Below, in pieces: positions 38,131-50,301 of a DNA stretch of 64,000 bases; positions within the stretch are counted from its first letter, which is position 1, and every line of letters begins with the position of its first letter. The position numbers and the translations under genes were made by a program. The notes beneath the pieces are model-generated. The model was not told the DNA's origin, made no database searches, and saw nothing but the letters and a program-made list of their open reading frames with translations. Source of the DNA: Squalus acanthias (Eukaryota); assembly GCA_030390025.1 (NCBI GenBank), contig CM059438.1, positions 66,094,001 through 66,158,000 on the forward strand, given 5' to 3'.

Positions 38131-38634
38131 TAAAAAGGGGTATTGCAATACAGATATTAAGTCCAAGGAACATCCAGGATCAATGGGTTCTGAGACCTTC
38201 AATCAGTGCCTAAATAGTTGTTGACTGGACTAAATTTACAATGCAGCAGATGCAAATTTCGTAATGCATTAAAATTAATTCTAATGAAAAATAGAAATGG
38301 CACCAAGAATGATAGATTGATTTGTTCATTATGCATTCCTTATTTCTGAGATCATGGGCTTGAATTTGTGCTCTGGCCAAGGTATAAGTGGGGCGGATCT
38401 TTGGTTGGGGCACTAGAAAATGATGTGGAACCTGGTTCTGCTGGGATTCTGCCCCGATTATGCCTTTAAAATATATTTTAGTGAGAGGGTATGGTTGAAT
38501 CTTCTGCCCCTACTATGTCTAGGTGGTGTGTCTGGGAAGGTTCCCAGGCTACCCTGAGAATTCCACCAATGTCACCTTCAGTGGGCCTCAATGGAACTCT
38601 TGCCAGCTGAGAGTTGATGAGAGTTCTGCTGAGG

Positions 38635-39140
38635 CCCCAAGCCTGGATGAGTGCAGCTCCAACAACACTCAAGAGGCTCGACACCATCCAGGACAAAGCA
38701 GCCCACTTGATTGGCAGCCCATCCACCACCTTAAACATTCACTCCCTCCACCACCGGCGCACCGTGGCTGCAGTGTATACCATCTACAAGATGCACTGCA
38801 GCAACTCGCCAAGGCTTCTTCAGCAGCACCTCCCAAACCCGCGACCTCTTCCACCTAGAAGGACAAGGGCAGCAGGCGCATGGGAACACCACCACCTCCA
38901 AGTTCCCCTCCAAGTCACACACCAGCCTGACTTAGAAGTATATCGCCGATCCTTCATCGTCACTGGGTCAAAATCCTGGAACTCCCTCCCGAACAGCACT
39001 GTGGGAGTACCTACACCACACGGACTGCAGCGGTTCAAGAAGGGGGCTCACCACCACCTTCTTAAGGGCAATTAAGGATGGGCAATAAATGCTGGCCTTG
39101 CCAGCGACGCCCACATCCCATAAGCAAATTTTTAAAAAAG
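38635..39140 (+). mobile_element. LINE ORF2 C-terminus and 3'UTR (CR1/Jockey-group family distinct from the CR1s above)
   Basis: AWMSAAPTTLKRLDTIQDKAAHLI...SLHHRR...RSFIVTGSKSWNSLP. A related internal piece lies at ~59560-59765. Confidence 0.8.
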
Positions 39141-40404
39141 GTAATCGATCAAAAAGGGGATTGATTCTGTTGATAAGACCCCACCAGCTCCATTGATAAC
39201 CAAAAAGGATTCTTTTAAACAGCTACTTTGTTTATTGGGCCTTTCCTGGGCACTTCTTTGTCCTTGGATTGGGATGGAGCTGCTTCAATTTTCTGGGTTT
39301 CTGTGGCTCCCACTGTCCTTGCAGAGGTCCCTATCCCCGGGATTTGGGACAGCATCTGCTTCATAGCATCTCTGTTGCCAGGAATTCTGCTCCGTCGAAC
39401 TTCCACAGACAGTAACTCTCGGAATTTTTCCTCCTTACTTTTTGTGAGAAACTTCACCAGGTTTGGAAATCCCACTTGAAGCCCAATTGGAAGAAAGCCG
39501 AAGCCAACATCTTCGCCGGATCACAGTACAGGCTCACAATGTACATGGAAGAGCTGTTGAGTCATATAGAAAGTAGAAACTCTCCAAACGTATGCTGGAG
39601 TGATACCTGCTATCCTAATGCTGCACTGCTGGTGATGAGTTTGAGACGGAAAATTAGTTAAAACAATTTCTTTCTTTGAAACAGCAGAGCTTCGAACTCC
39701 ATTTAAAGCCCAAGTCTGACTTCGGGATTGGTTTGATAGTTGAATTGGGCTGCCATCTATGGGTGAGATTGTTTAATTGTCTCCTGTATTATTCTGTCAG
39801 TGCTGCCAATGACACTCCCCTTTGGCTGTTGGCCTCCCTTTGTGAGACAATAGGTGAAGTTTCCTTACTCATTTTGTGGCTACGGGTTGTTTTCAGTCGT
39901 TGACATGGATATAATCCCAGCTGAGATGTGGAAAAATAAGTTCATAAGGGTTTGCCAGACTTAAGTATTGCTAAAGGCTGGAAGTCAGAATTTCATCTTT
40001 CAGTGAGAGTCCAATGCTCTCCTGCACAGTGGGAAGGAACATCCAAGAATCATTAACTCCCTGCAATTAAGTGCAGGATTAGCACAGCCAGTGTCAGCCA
40101 TCAAAGATTGCCTGTTTTTTTCTGCTGTTAAAAATAGAACATGACGTCAAACTTAATAGAAAGCCTTTTCCAGTCTGCAGGGTGAAATGGTGCAAAGGGA
40201 TATGTGTTTGGGACTATCTAGATCCTTCCATTCCCTCGCCCATCCATTTGGATCAGTCCTCTCAGTCAATGTAAGTAGCTAATGTGTTTTTATACATTGA
40301 CGGATTGACTTGAGTATGAGAGCCTAGAACATATTAGTATACGAGTAATGATTGACATTCACTTCACTTTTTAAAACTTATCTGAGAAAGAATTGATGAA
40401 AAAA

Positions 40405-40860
40405 TTGAGCCAGGGATGAGGGACTTCAGTGATGTGGAGGGACTAGAGAAACTGGGGTTGTTGTCCTTAGATCAGAGAAGGTTAAGTAGAGATTAACTTG
40501 AGATGTTCAAAATTATGAGGGGTTTTGATAGAGTAAACAGGGAGAAACTGGTTCCACTGGCAAGAAGGTCAATAACCAGAGGACACAGATTTAAGGTAAT
40601 TGGCGAAAGAACCAGGGGGAAGATGAGGAGAATTTTTGTAATGCAGCGAGTCGCTATGATCTGGAATGCACTGCCTGAAAGGGTGGTGGAAGCAGATTCA
40701 ATAGTAACTTTCAAAAGGGAATTGGCTAAGTACTTGACGTGAAGAATAATTGCAGGGCTATGGGGAAAGAGCAAGGGAGTGGAACTAATTGGATAGCTCT
40801 TTCAAAGAGCTGGCACAGGCCCGAAAGGCCGAATGGCCTCCTGTGCTGTATGAGTCTATG
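40405..40860 (+). mobile_element. CR1 3' fragment
   Basis: FKIMRGFDRVNREKL...WNALPERVVEADS. Confidence 0.9.
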
Positions 40861-42221
40861 AACAGCACCTTCTGTGTCGACCCTTTGGTTCATTGCCCAC
40901 CTCTTCCTCCTCTCTTTACAGCGACACATCAACCAAAACCCACTGTTGCTCTTGACAACATGATGGGTATTAGCTGTTTAATTACACTTAGGGACACAAT
41001 TACACATAACGTTAAGCAAAGATGGAGGGCCAGAAAGCACCATGGTTAACAAATGTAGAGGTTGGTCAATGGTAAATAAAATGTACACGGATTGAAGTCA
41101 AACACAGGACAAGATGTTGATTGTGTCAGTAGGAGGGAGTGAATTATTAACTACTAGAAAATTATAAATTTGGAAAATGGACACGGTGATCGGAAGGAGT
41201 GGAACAAACACTACAGTGCTTTCATTGGGAAATTTGCTGACTTTTCATTCGCAGTGCTATTCAGTAACTAGAATGCAAGTTGAATGGCTAAGTTCATGTT
41301 ATAGTCCTGGAAAGTGTTTGCAGGGTATTATTGCACAGAAGTGTCAATCTGCACAGCGCATAAATTAAGCAATTATTATAGAAACACCCATGGGGCGAAA
41401 AGGAGATTACCGCATTGCTTTGTGTACTGCTCAATCTTGTGTGTTTGTTCTGTCTTATCCAATAAAACGGTTGAATTAACATTCAGTTTTCAAATTATTG
41501 CACAAAGGAGGAGAAGCGCTTTAATTGGAATTTCAAATCCCCGGCTGTCTTTTTACAGAAAGCCATTGGTAGCTACGGACTGATGTGATGATTCCTGAAT
41601 AGTTGAGTGCCGTTATTCCGTTCCCCTGGGAAATACAGAACTTGTGACTTGCAGCATTGAAAAGGCCACCATTTTGCACCTCGAGGTCTAGGTTTTTCAA
41701 TTCTTCATGGGCTTTTGCGGCAATGTACAATTCCGTATTTGCGACAGAGTTCTGTAATTTGGTTCCTTGATAGGTTCAGAGAACTGCTGTAGCTGAAGGC
41801 GCTTTGTTTGAACAGAAATAAAATGTTGTATATTTTTCATTATTTCTGTATTGTAGTCACTTCACAATTACTGACATTTCAGAATCATGAACACCCTTAC
41901 AATCCCAAGATGTCCAGGCAACAAAGGCTCTGCTGTAGCTGAGGTTCTGTTGGTGAGACATGGCCTGTGCGATATGTTGCCTGAGTACTGCAATCTTCCA
42001 TTTAAAAACTCCCAGGGGCAGTAAAAATGTCGGTTTCTGAGCTGATTGGAATGACAATAGCACACAGTAACCAGTCCCGTCATCCCTTTGGGACTGAATA
42101 TACCTGAATACCTTTTAGATCATGGCTCTGCAGGTGCGGAGGTCACCTTACAGCTCAGATGGTTGGAGGCAAGCACAGACTCAGGCCCAGGTAGCAGTGC
42201 TGGTTGGTCAGCTGTACATGT

Positions 42222-42916
42222 GGGGCTGGATTTTGATACTGGGGCAGGTTGGGGTCGTGTCATCCGCATTTCGTATTGTCCACCCGACTGCATTTGGATG
42301 TGGGAGATTGATGCAATTTTCACTTAATTAGGCAATTGAGTTCCAGCATGTGGGAACCCATGATCTAATTAGTGTTTTCAGTCTGAAAGTTACCTCTGAT
42401 GATGTCATCATTGCTGCTGCATTGAAGGTTTTCAAACACTGCCTGGCATTTGCTGCGAGAGGACCTGGATGCAAAATCAGCAGGAGAGAGAGAGAGAGAG
42501 AGAGAATTTTTTTTTGCATCCAGGTCCTCTCACAGCAAAGGCCAGGCAGTCTCTGAAGACATTCAATGCAGCAGCATCAGAGGTGACTTTCAGACCTAAT
42601 ACTACTACTACCTTCATCACATCTCTGTTGTAATAGTGGACCTGCAGCTGATAGTCAACTATCCACTTGTGCTTCACGTAGGAAAAGGGTTAAACTAGCT
42701 AAAACGTTTCAAAATGGCATTACAGAGCCAATTTAGGGCTTGTTAAGGGCTTTAATGGCCTCTCCCGTCTCTTGGAGGCGGGACGGAGATGGGACCACCG
42801 CACACGATTTCATCAAAATTTCATGGAGGCGGGATCGGGTCCGCCCGCCACTTTTTGCAATTTTAACCCCCCACACGCCTCCAAACCTGCCTCCACGGGT
42901 CTATGAAAATCCAACC
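42222..42916. mobile_element. Harbinger-like non-autonomous element containing a long internal inverted repeat
   Basis: Ends ggctggatttt / aaaatccaacc. Inverted repeat at 42381-42595. Confidence 0.55.
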
Positions 42917-43756
42917 TGTGGTCTTCATTTGCACAGGGAAATGGAGCTGAGCCCATGATCAGATCAGCCATGATCTCATTAAACGGCGGAGCAGGCTCGA
43001 GGGGCCAAATGGCCTACTCCTGCTCCTATTTCTTGCGTTCTTATGTTCACATTGGGCCTTGGGTTTTTGAGCTTGAGGTAGAGGGGTATTGACTAGTTTG
43101 GTGCTCTCTGCAAGGGTTGGGGGAACATGTATCCAGGACCAAAGCTGTTGGATTTGAATCTGGTGGGGGGGGAGGGGGACTGGAAGGTAGAATGCGCATG
43201 TTCATGCGTGGGGCTGTAAATTTTGGAGGAGAAATTGAACCTTTTTTAAAACGGGTTGATTATGCGATCAAGATTATTTTTCGGGATGTATAATGGGATG
43301 AGTGAGGAACAGTGGGGGCTGCTGTACGCCACAGAAACTATTTTCAGTAGAATGTGACTGAGTCAGTCACAAAAAAAAAAACGCCAGTCCTAAATGATGC
43401 TGCAGAGATGGTTCTGCAATGTGATTGAGTCCTTGCGACGTGGCTCTGGAACTGATTAGTTGAAGGGACAGTGGTCTCTAGTTCTGTGATATGATTAAGG
43501 AAAAGGAAATCCGAAGCCGAAGTTGGGCAGGGTAGGCTGACTCCCCGTTGCAAGTTCTAATTATAATCATTTGGATGAAAGCCAGGCATCAGGAATGCCA
43601 CTTTTTGGCAACTCTCCTCATTGGGGGTGTGGCAACTAGCATGTCACTGCATGATTTAAAAGCTTGCAGTAGCTTCAGGAGGAAGGCGTACAGAACACTG
43701 GGTTTGGCTGCTGATCTGAAGCCTTCCTTCTGAAAGAACGTCTGCAGGAGGGCCCA

Positions 43757-43949
43757 GTGCCTTCAAGCTCCCCGAGGCAATGCTTGGGAGCGCTGCCGAC
43801 CCAGGTCAGGCAGCAGAGGAAGACCCTTGTTTGTGAAGGTGTCCTGAGAAGTGATGCTCGGTGGAAGCAGCTGGCGAAGGCAGTCAGTGCCAACACCCAT
43901 TGCACAGCAAGTCAGTGCTGGAACACGTTTCACGGCCCGGTGAGGCAAG
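43757..43949 (+). pseudogene. decayed Myb/SANT-like DNA-binding domain, probably a Harbinger transposon ORF2 relic
   Basis: LGALPTQVRQQRKTLV...RWKQLAKAVSANTHCTASQCWNTFHGPVRQ resembles the trihelix pattern LxxLVxxVxxRxxxL...WxxIAxxVxA..RTxxQCxKxFxDLxR. Followed by a donor-like G|gtaat. Confidence 0.45.
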
Positions 43950-44814
43950 GTAATAGGAGCTAACCACACCTTTTCAGAATGCACCATACTAAGCACATCT
44001 GCCATCGTCGCTGACCTTACGTTGTTTTAAAGTACTTGAATTGCCTACAATCTGTGCCCAGGAAGCAGCATGGTGTCCCCAGCCTTCACCTGGAGGTGTT
44101 CTTAATTCACAGTGACACATCAATCACCCGACGAAAAGCCTCACATGGAATCTATTTGCTTGCTGCACGTACCCGTCATCATACCCATTATGGGCCACAT
44201 GCTGGCAGCTGGGTTTTAACGTCCTCTCATGGTGACCAAAGGCAATTTTTGCCTTTTGCATCTCTTCGAAAGGACTCGGCAGCTGAAAACAGCAAAGAGA
44301 GCACTGCAGCAGTTGGTGGACCCGCAAAGCATCTGGCCTCTCGCCCTCTACGCGCTCTCCAAGTCCTGGGAGTGGATGTCACAGAAGGTGTTCAAGCAGG
44401 AAGATACCAGCAGCAGGTTTGTGATGAAACTGTGCTCTCTTCATTCACAACCTGCAGTACCTCGCAATTGAGATCGTGAAACCCTCACTGCTTCTGCAGA
44501 AAGTGACTTGAGCACTTCTCAGCAATTCATTGTAAACCTTCACTCCTTTTTTACCTCCTTTTAAATGTGCAAAGCAAAGCGGAACTAGGCACCAATGGAT
44601 CAGGCCTTGACATCGCTTCAAAGCGTGCACCACCACTCACTCTGTCCTTCACAAGCAGCAGCCCGCAGACATCCAAGCCAGAGGAATGAGAGTATGAGGC
44701 AGGAGTGCATGAGTGGCTAGGATCAGCTCGTGGGAGAACATGAGGAGAAAAGCATTGTTGACCGAAGGATCAGGATAATTCACCGCTTCAGGCCCTGCTC
44801 CAGCTGTTCACGGT

Positions 44815-45080
44815 GACTGAGAAGATCCCATGGCACTATTCGAAGAACAGCAGCAAGTCCTTCCAGGAACCTGGCAACATTCCTCCCTCGGATACTACCA
44901 CCAGAAACAGATTAGCTGGCCATTTAGCGCATTGCTATTTGTGGGACATTGCTGTGAGAAAATGGCTGCCGTATTTGCCTACATAACAACAGCAAGCACA
45001 CTTCAAAGTACTTCATTGTGCACAAAGTATTTGTGGGATGTTTCTGAAAGATCGATGGTAATGCACATTCTTTGTTTCTT
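44815..45080 (+). mobile_element. SacSINE1-like fragment
   Basis: aagatcccatggcactattcgaagaa...aaatggctgccgtatttgcctacataacaacag. Confidence 0.7.
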
Positions 45081-45967
45081 TATAGGCACAGTAACACAAA
45101 ATGACGTTTGTGTTCGTGGGGAGGGGAGAAACTTGGATCATGTGGCGAAACATGCTTTAAATAAATGTTCTTTTTTGCCACCCCCGCCCCATAGATCTTT
45201 GTAGCTTTAGGTCCCCTGTTGCCTATCCAGCATTAAGTGTTTTTATTTCATCGTTTTACCATTCTTTTCCCTTCTATGATTCTCTGTTGCTCTTCCATCT
45301 CACGACAAGGGTCCAGGGCAAGAAGGGATGATGGTCTGGGATTTTCACTGGCGCTGTGCATTTCTCAGTGATGCTCCCACAACAGTCATCAGCTGAATGG
45401 CTCCCAGCTGAGAGGGGAGACCTGCAACGGCATCTCCACTGGGAAGAAAAGAAACTGCAATAATCTTTCATGATTTCTAAATCATATTTTCGCAGTGTTA
45501 GCAGTGCGGAGGTAGAATACTTAATATTAAATCTGATTCCACCCACATGTTGGTCTAATCTGACACAGTATCTAATATACTATTTTTTCGCTGTAACGCA
45601 ATTTGCTCTGTTGAAATCATTGATCTTATGCACAATGCCAGTAATACAGGAGCCATGTGAAAAGCTATTTTGCTGCTTATTGTTGTTATCTTTTAATTGT
45701 GATTCTAAGATTGAACAGCAGTAAATCAAGGCTAGAGGAACTTAAGGCCTGTGTTAACAAATTGATATGGTTAACAATGCCATTGAATTGGAATTGAATT
45801 GGACACGGAGTCGCTACCCTTGCACTGACAGTAATAATCAACAAATTGATCTTATTTTTGAAACTGATTCATGAAACTAAGTTAGACTCACAGTCTATTG
45901 GCAATAATTCACATCTAGACCAATTTTGATCAAATAAGTATTTCTCTATTTACATTGTGTGTTCAGA

Positions 45968-46533
45968 ATCCGGGGGGGGGGTCCGATTCTCGGACCGGGG
46001 GGATCCGATCCCCGATCCCGGGGTGGGGGGATGGGGTTCCAATCCCCGGGTTGGGGGTCTGATCGCCGACAGGGGTGTGGGATCCGATCCTCGCCCCGAG
46101 GGGCTCCGATCCCCGATCCTGGGAGAGGGGGTCCGATCCCTGACCCTTGGAGAGGGGGTCCGATCCCTGACCCTGGGGGGATGTATGTGAGGGGGGGCTG
46201 ATGGTGGGAGAGCTTGGGGGGGCCAGCAGGAAGCACTCCTGCTCCTCCCGGCCCACAATGATTGCTCCCCTAGGCTGTCCTTGCCTAGCTGCAGCTGCCG
46301 AGAATCCCAGGACCCGTGATCCCTGGCCAGCCTCAGTTAAACCTGCACAGCAGATTAAATCATTATAATATTTAAAGTGCCAACCCGCCTCCTGGGAGCG
46401 GGTTGGCTGCCCGCCCCCATCCCGCCTCTGTTAAACCCAGAAGTAGGTGGGTTAGTCGTCAAGATTCACATTTTTAATACTTTAACCTCTCACCTGACCC
46501 CAACCCAAATGTTTTTTTGGGTTAAAATTTCCC
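45968..46533. mobile_element. truncated MITE-like element with a G-rich ccgatccc minisatellite
   Basis: Repeated gggggtccgatccc units at 45968-46180. The right end ggttaaaatttccc matches the TIR type at 3103-3118. Confidence 0.55.
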
Positions 46534-46624
46534 TCATTGTGTCTGTAATGCATGGTAAATCTGAAATGAGTCAGTCACTTTTTCTATGTTTTTGACTGCA
46601 GGAATCGTTGATAATAATTTGAAA

Positions 46625-46948
46625 GAAAGAAAGGTTTGCATTTATATAGCACCTTTCAAGACCTCAGGCTGTTCCAAAGTGCTTTACAGCCAAAGAAGTA
46701 CTTTTGAAGTCTAGTCACTGTTGTAATGGAAGAAACGTGGCAGCCAATTTGCGCACAGCAAGCTCCCACAAACAGCAATGAAATAAATGACCGGATGATC
46801 TGTTTTTGTGGTGTTGGTTGAGGGATAAATATTGGTCAGGGATACCGGGGAGAACTCCTCTGCTCTTCTTCAAAAATAGTGCGGTGGGATATTTTACGCC
46901 CAGCTGAGAGGGCGGACGGGCCTCGGTTTAACGTCTCATGCGAAAGAT
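46625..46948 (-). mobile_element. SacSINE1-like SINE
   Basis: Same core and tail as 1075-1514. Confidence 0.8.
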
Positions 46949-47247
46949 TTGGGATTAACCAGCTCTAAAATTTACCAGTCTGGCGTGTAGTTTCTACATT
47001 GTTAGTAATCTGGTACCATCATGGGCAATTATAAATTGGAGAAATGGTGCAGGAGTTACAACTGTTCAAGGGTGCTGCAGATTCACCTCTGAGTCCTGAA
47101 TCTGAACCAAGGCCAGAATGACGGGATGAAATCTTCCTCTCTTCTGGCGGTTAGGCTTATTAAGGAAAAGAGTTTTCACCCAGCTCTCAGTGGGTGTGGA
47201 CTCAATAGCACAAAGCCACCCAGAAGTCAATTTAGGTTGGCACAATG

Positions 47248-47485
47248 CAGGGGAGTTCTCCCCGGTGTCCTGGCCAAAATTTATCCCTCAACCAACATAA
47301 CAAAAACAGATTGTCTGGTCATTATCACATTGCTGTTTGTGGGACCTTGCTGTGCGCAAATTGGCTGCTGCGTTTCCCACATTACAACAGTGACTCCACT
47401 TCAAAAGTACTTCATTGGCTGTAAAGCGCTTTGAGACGTCCGGTGGTCGTGAAAGGCGCTATGTAAATGCAAGTCTTTTTCTTTT
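47248..47485 (+). mobile_element. SacSINE1-like SINE 3' half
   Basis: gcaggggagttctccccggtgtcctggcc...gtgaaaggcgctatgtaaatgcaagtc. Confidence 0.8.
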
Positions 47486-47638
47486 TCGGAGCTGTATTTC
47501 TCATGTGGATTTGGAAAGCTTATACCAGCTCTAGTCCAATGATTGTAATCTTCTATCTAATTGAAATGAAGTGATTTATTTTTCCTCATACACTGTCCAG
47601 TCAGGGGACGCCCACTGTATGCAGTAAGTAGGTACCAT

Positions 47639-47811
47639 GGGGTAGATTTTTTTTAACTTGCCACCCGGGCATAAAAATAGGGCTGTGGGTAGGCCGCCCG
47701 TAATTAAAAACTGCCCAAAATCAATGGAATTGAAAATCGGGTGATTTCTATAATGCCCGGCCAATTCGCAGCGGCAGTTTTACGCCCGGTTGATGAGATG
47801 AAAATCGAGCC
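47639..47811. mobile_element. short MITE
   Basis: ggggtagattttt...ccgggcataaaa pairs with ttttacgcccgg...aaaatcgagcc. Confidence 0.5.
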
Positions 47812-48257
47812 AATCGTCTGAATGTGAAGACTGCCCTGTTAATGGGCTGTAAGCTGTTTGCATGGGTTCGCTTGAGGTTGCCGTGTACGTCTATGTGAAT
47901 CAGAACTGTAGCTCGGCAACTCTTAACCTACACGACCAATGTCGCAGCCAAATGTGCAATGAAACCTGAGGGAGGGTTGCTTGTGGCTGGTGGTGGGGGG
48001 GGGACCTGAAGCCAACCTTGGCATTTGCAGAACACTTCATTGCATCAAAGCGATGGCCTCAGGAGAAATATTGCAGTTATGTACTGTTGTGTTGAAAAGA
48101 AAAAGCTGTTATTAGCAGTCACACTGTTCATGTTATTCCCAAGTTCAATTATAATGTGTAGCCCTTGTGCGAGCATCTCTGATACACAGCAGCTTCTAAG
48201 AAAGCACACAGCTCTTGCTGCTTCATTAATGAAGGTAGCATATAGAATAGCCTTATT

Positions 48258-48760
48258 ATAAGAACATAAGAAATAGGAGCAGGAATAGGCCACTTGGCCC
48301 CTCGAGCCTGCTCCGCCATTCAACAAGATCATGGCTGATCTTGGGCTCAAAGCCACTTCCCTGCTCGCTCCCCATAATCCTTCACTCCCTTATCTTGCAA
48401 AAATCTGTCTATCTCCACCTTAAATCTATTTAATGACCCAGCCTCCACAGCTCTCTGGGGCAGAGAATCCCATAGATTTACGACCCTCTGAGAGAAGAAA
48501 TTCCTCCTCATCTCAATTCTAAAAGGGCGACCCTTTATTCTGAAACTATGCCCCCGAGTTCCAGATTTCTCCACGAGGGGAAACATCCTCTCTGCATCTA
48601 CCTTGTCGAGTCCCCTCAGTATCTTATATGTTTCAATAAGATCACCTCTCATTCTTCTAAATTCCAATGAGTATAGGCCCAGCCTGCTCAACCTTCCCTC
48701 ATAAGTCAACCCCCTCATCTCTGGAATTAACCTGGTGAATCGTCTCTGAACTGCCTATCT
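48258..48760 (-). mobile_element. CR1 3' fragment (third subfamily, (TAAGAACA)n tail)
   Basis: ORF MRGLTYEGRLSRLGLYSLEFRRMRGDLIETYKIL...WDSLP. Small plus-strand pieces at 5310-5395 and 42945-43050. Confidence 0.9.
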
Positions 48761-49595
48761 ACTAGACTCTTTAGTAGAACCAGTTTGCCGCATGGTATCA
48801 TAGTGAGAGGAGAGGTACTGCAGTTTCTCTACAATTTCAGATGAATACAAAGTGATACTAAACGTGTCTGTGTGCTTTGAGCTGCGAAGGGAAAATCTCT
48901 GTCATTGATCTTTCCTATTTAGATCAGAAGTGGAACTCGTGCTTAAAGAGACTCCATCCATTTTCCTGCTTTTCTGTTCAAAATTATTGAAGCCTATGTT
49001 GAAAGTGAGAGAAAATTAAAAGAGCATTATCTCAGTCGTGCATGAATTGTTTAATTAGTTTTCCCTGACCTATTCTGAATTTACAGTTATCCACATTTTT
49101 ATGATGGTAATCTATATCCTCGCAGACCTGCTGAAAAAGACTGGATCAGGTGCAAGGAGGGTGCCAGCTAGATTAGCCAAACTGACATTGAAACGAGCTA
49201 ACAGAGCATTGGACAAGAAAAAATGCTTAATTATAGCCTGCGGCTTGATTGGCGGGGCATACCTTAAGGATGCGTGGATGCTTCATCCACGTTCAGCCGA
49301 GCAGGAGCAGCATGATTGGGCCTGAAGTCTCAGTGTAATGAAACGGGTCCTTCATTGTGGCTGAGGCTGTAGGCACAGATTTGGGTAACTTGGATGATCG
49401 CAGCTGGGCAAGTCGAGCCCCATCAGGACCTGGGGAGGGATTTTGAATTACTCGCTCTTCTCCAAAGATTAATGCAACCTCTACAATAGAAAATAGCCAT
49501 TTTGAGCTTCTGAGATTTGATTTATATGTGAGTAAGTTAAATTAGATTTGATCTTTGGTGCTCAAAGACTAGAGAGAGCCTTGCACAAAGTACAC

Positions 49596-50301
49596 GGGGG
49601 AAAAATTGGGCTGCTTTGTGCCTCCCATTAGCGTCCACGCGGCTCAAAGCCCCTAGCGCCCGGGCGTGGCGCCAATAACGCCCCCCCCCCGCGAAAATCA
49701 GCGGGAGGCGTCATCGCGTGCGCAGCGCCCCGCTCATGCGCCGGCCGCAAACTTCGGCTGCGTCCCCTGACCTATCGCCGGACGATATGTCCGACAGGAT
49801 CTGGGCGACGTTTTTGCAGCCGCGGCAGCGGTATTTAAAGGAGCAGGTGTCGGGCGGCCATTTTTTTCCTGGCCACCTGCCAGCACCTACCGCCTTCCCC
49901 TCTTATATTCGGGGTGCCGGCCGCGATCACTCAGCCCGGCACTCCTCTTGAGTGCCAGGCTGATTTCCCGGCACCCCGCTCCTCGGTGGTCTAGCAGGGC
50001 CCCGGTGCGTGCAGCACTAGGCCCCACCCCCTTTAATCAGGGGAGGGAGGCCTGCAGTACCACGGCGCTACGTGTCGACGCGCTACGTGTCGACGCGTGT
50101 GGTGCTGTTGCACGTAGCGCTGCGATATTCACTGGTAGTGCCCCAAGAGGGAGGGGGAGCGCTTCCAGTAGCGCCCCGCCTCCTGCTTGGGGCACTACCA
50201 CTGAATGTACGGCGCAGGGGTGCTAACCTTTTCGGGGCGCTAAAAGTAGCGTCCCGGCGTAGTTAACGCCCCAAAGGGGGCGCCAACTAATTTTCCCCCC
50301 C
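49596..50301. mobile_element. CpG-rich Harbinger-like MITE
   Basis: TIR gggggaaaaatt / aattttccccc. Related to 61038-61765. Confidence 0.75.

Noticed and set aside
41857..41943. Extra cassette exon after ttctgtattgtag
   Set aside because: Weak donor, no BRINP similarity, and the flanking real exons already join without a gap.
49596..50301. CpG-island promoter of a nested gene
   Set aside because: The CpG richness is confined within TIRs and shared with a second copy, so it is better explained as a young transposon.
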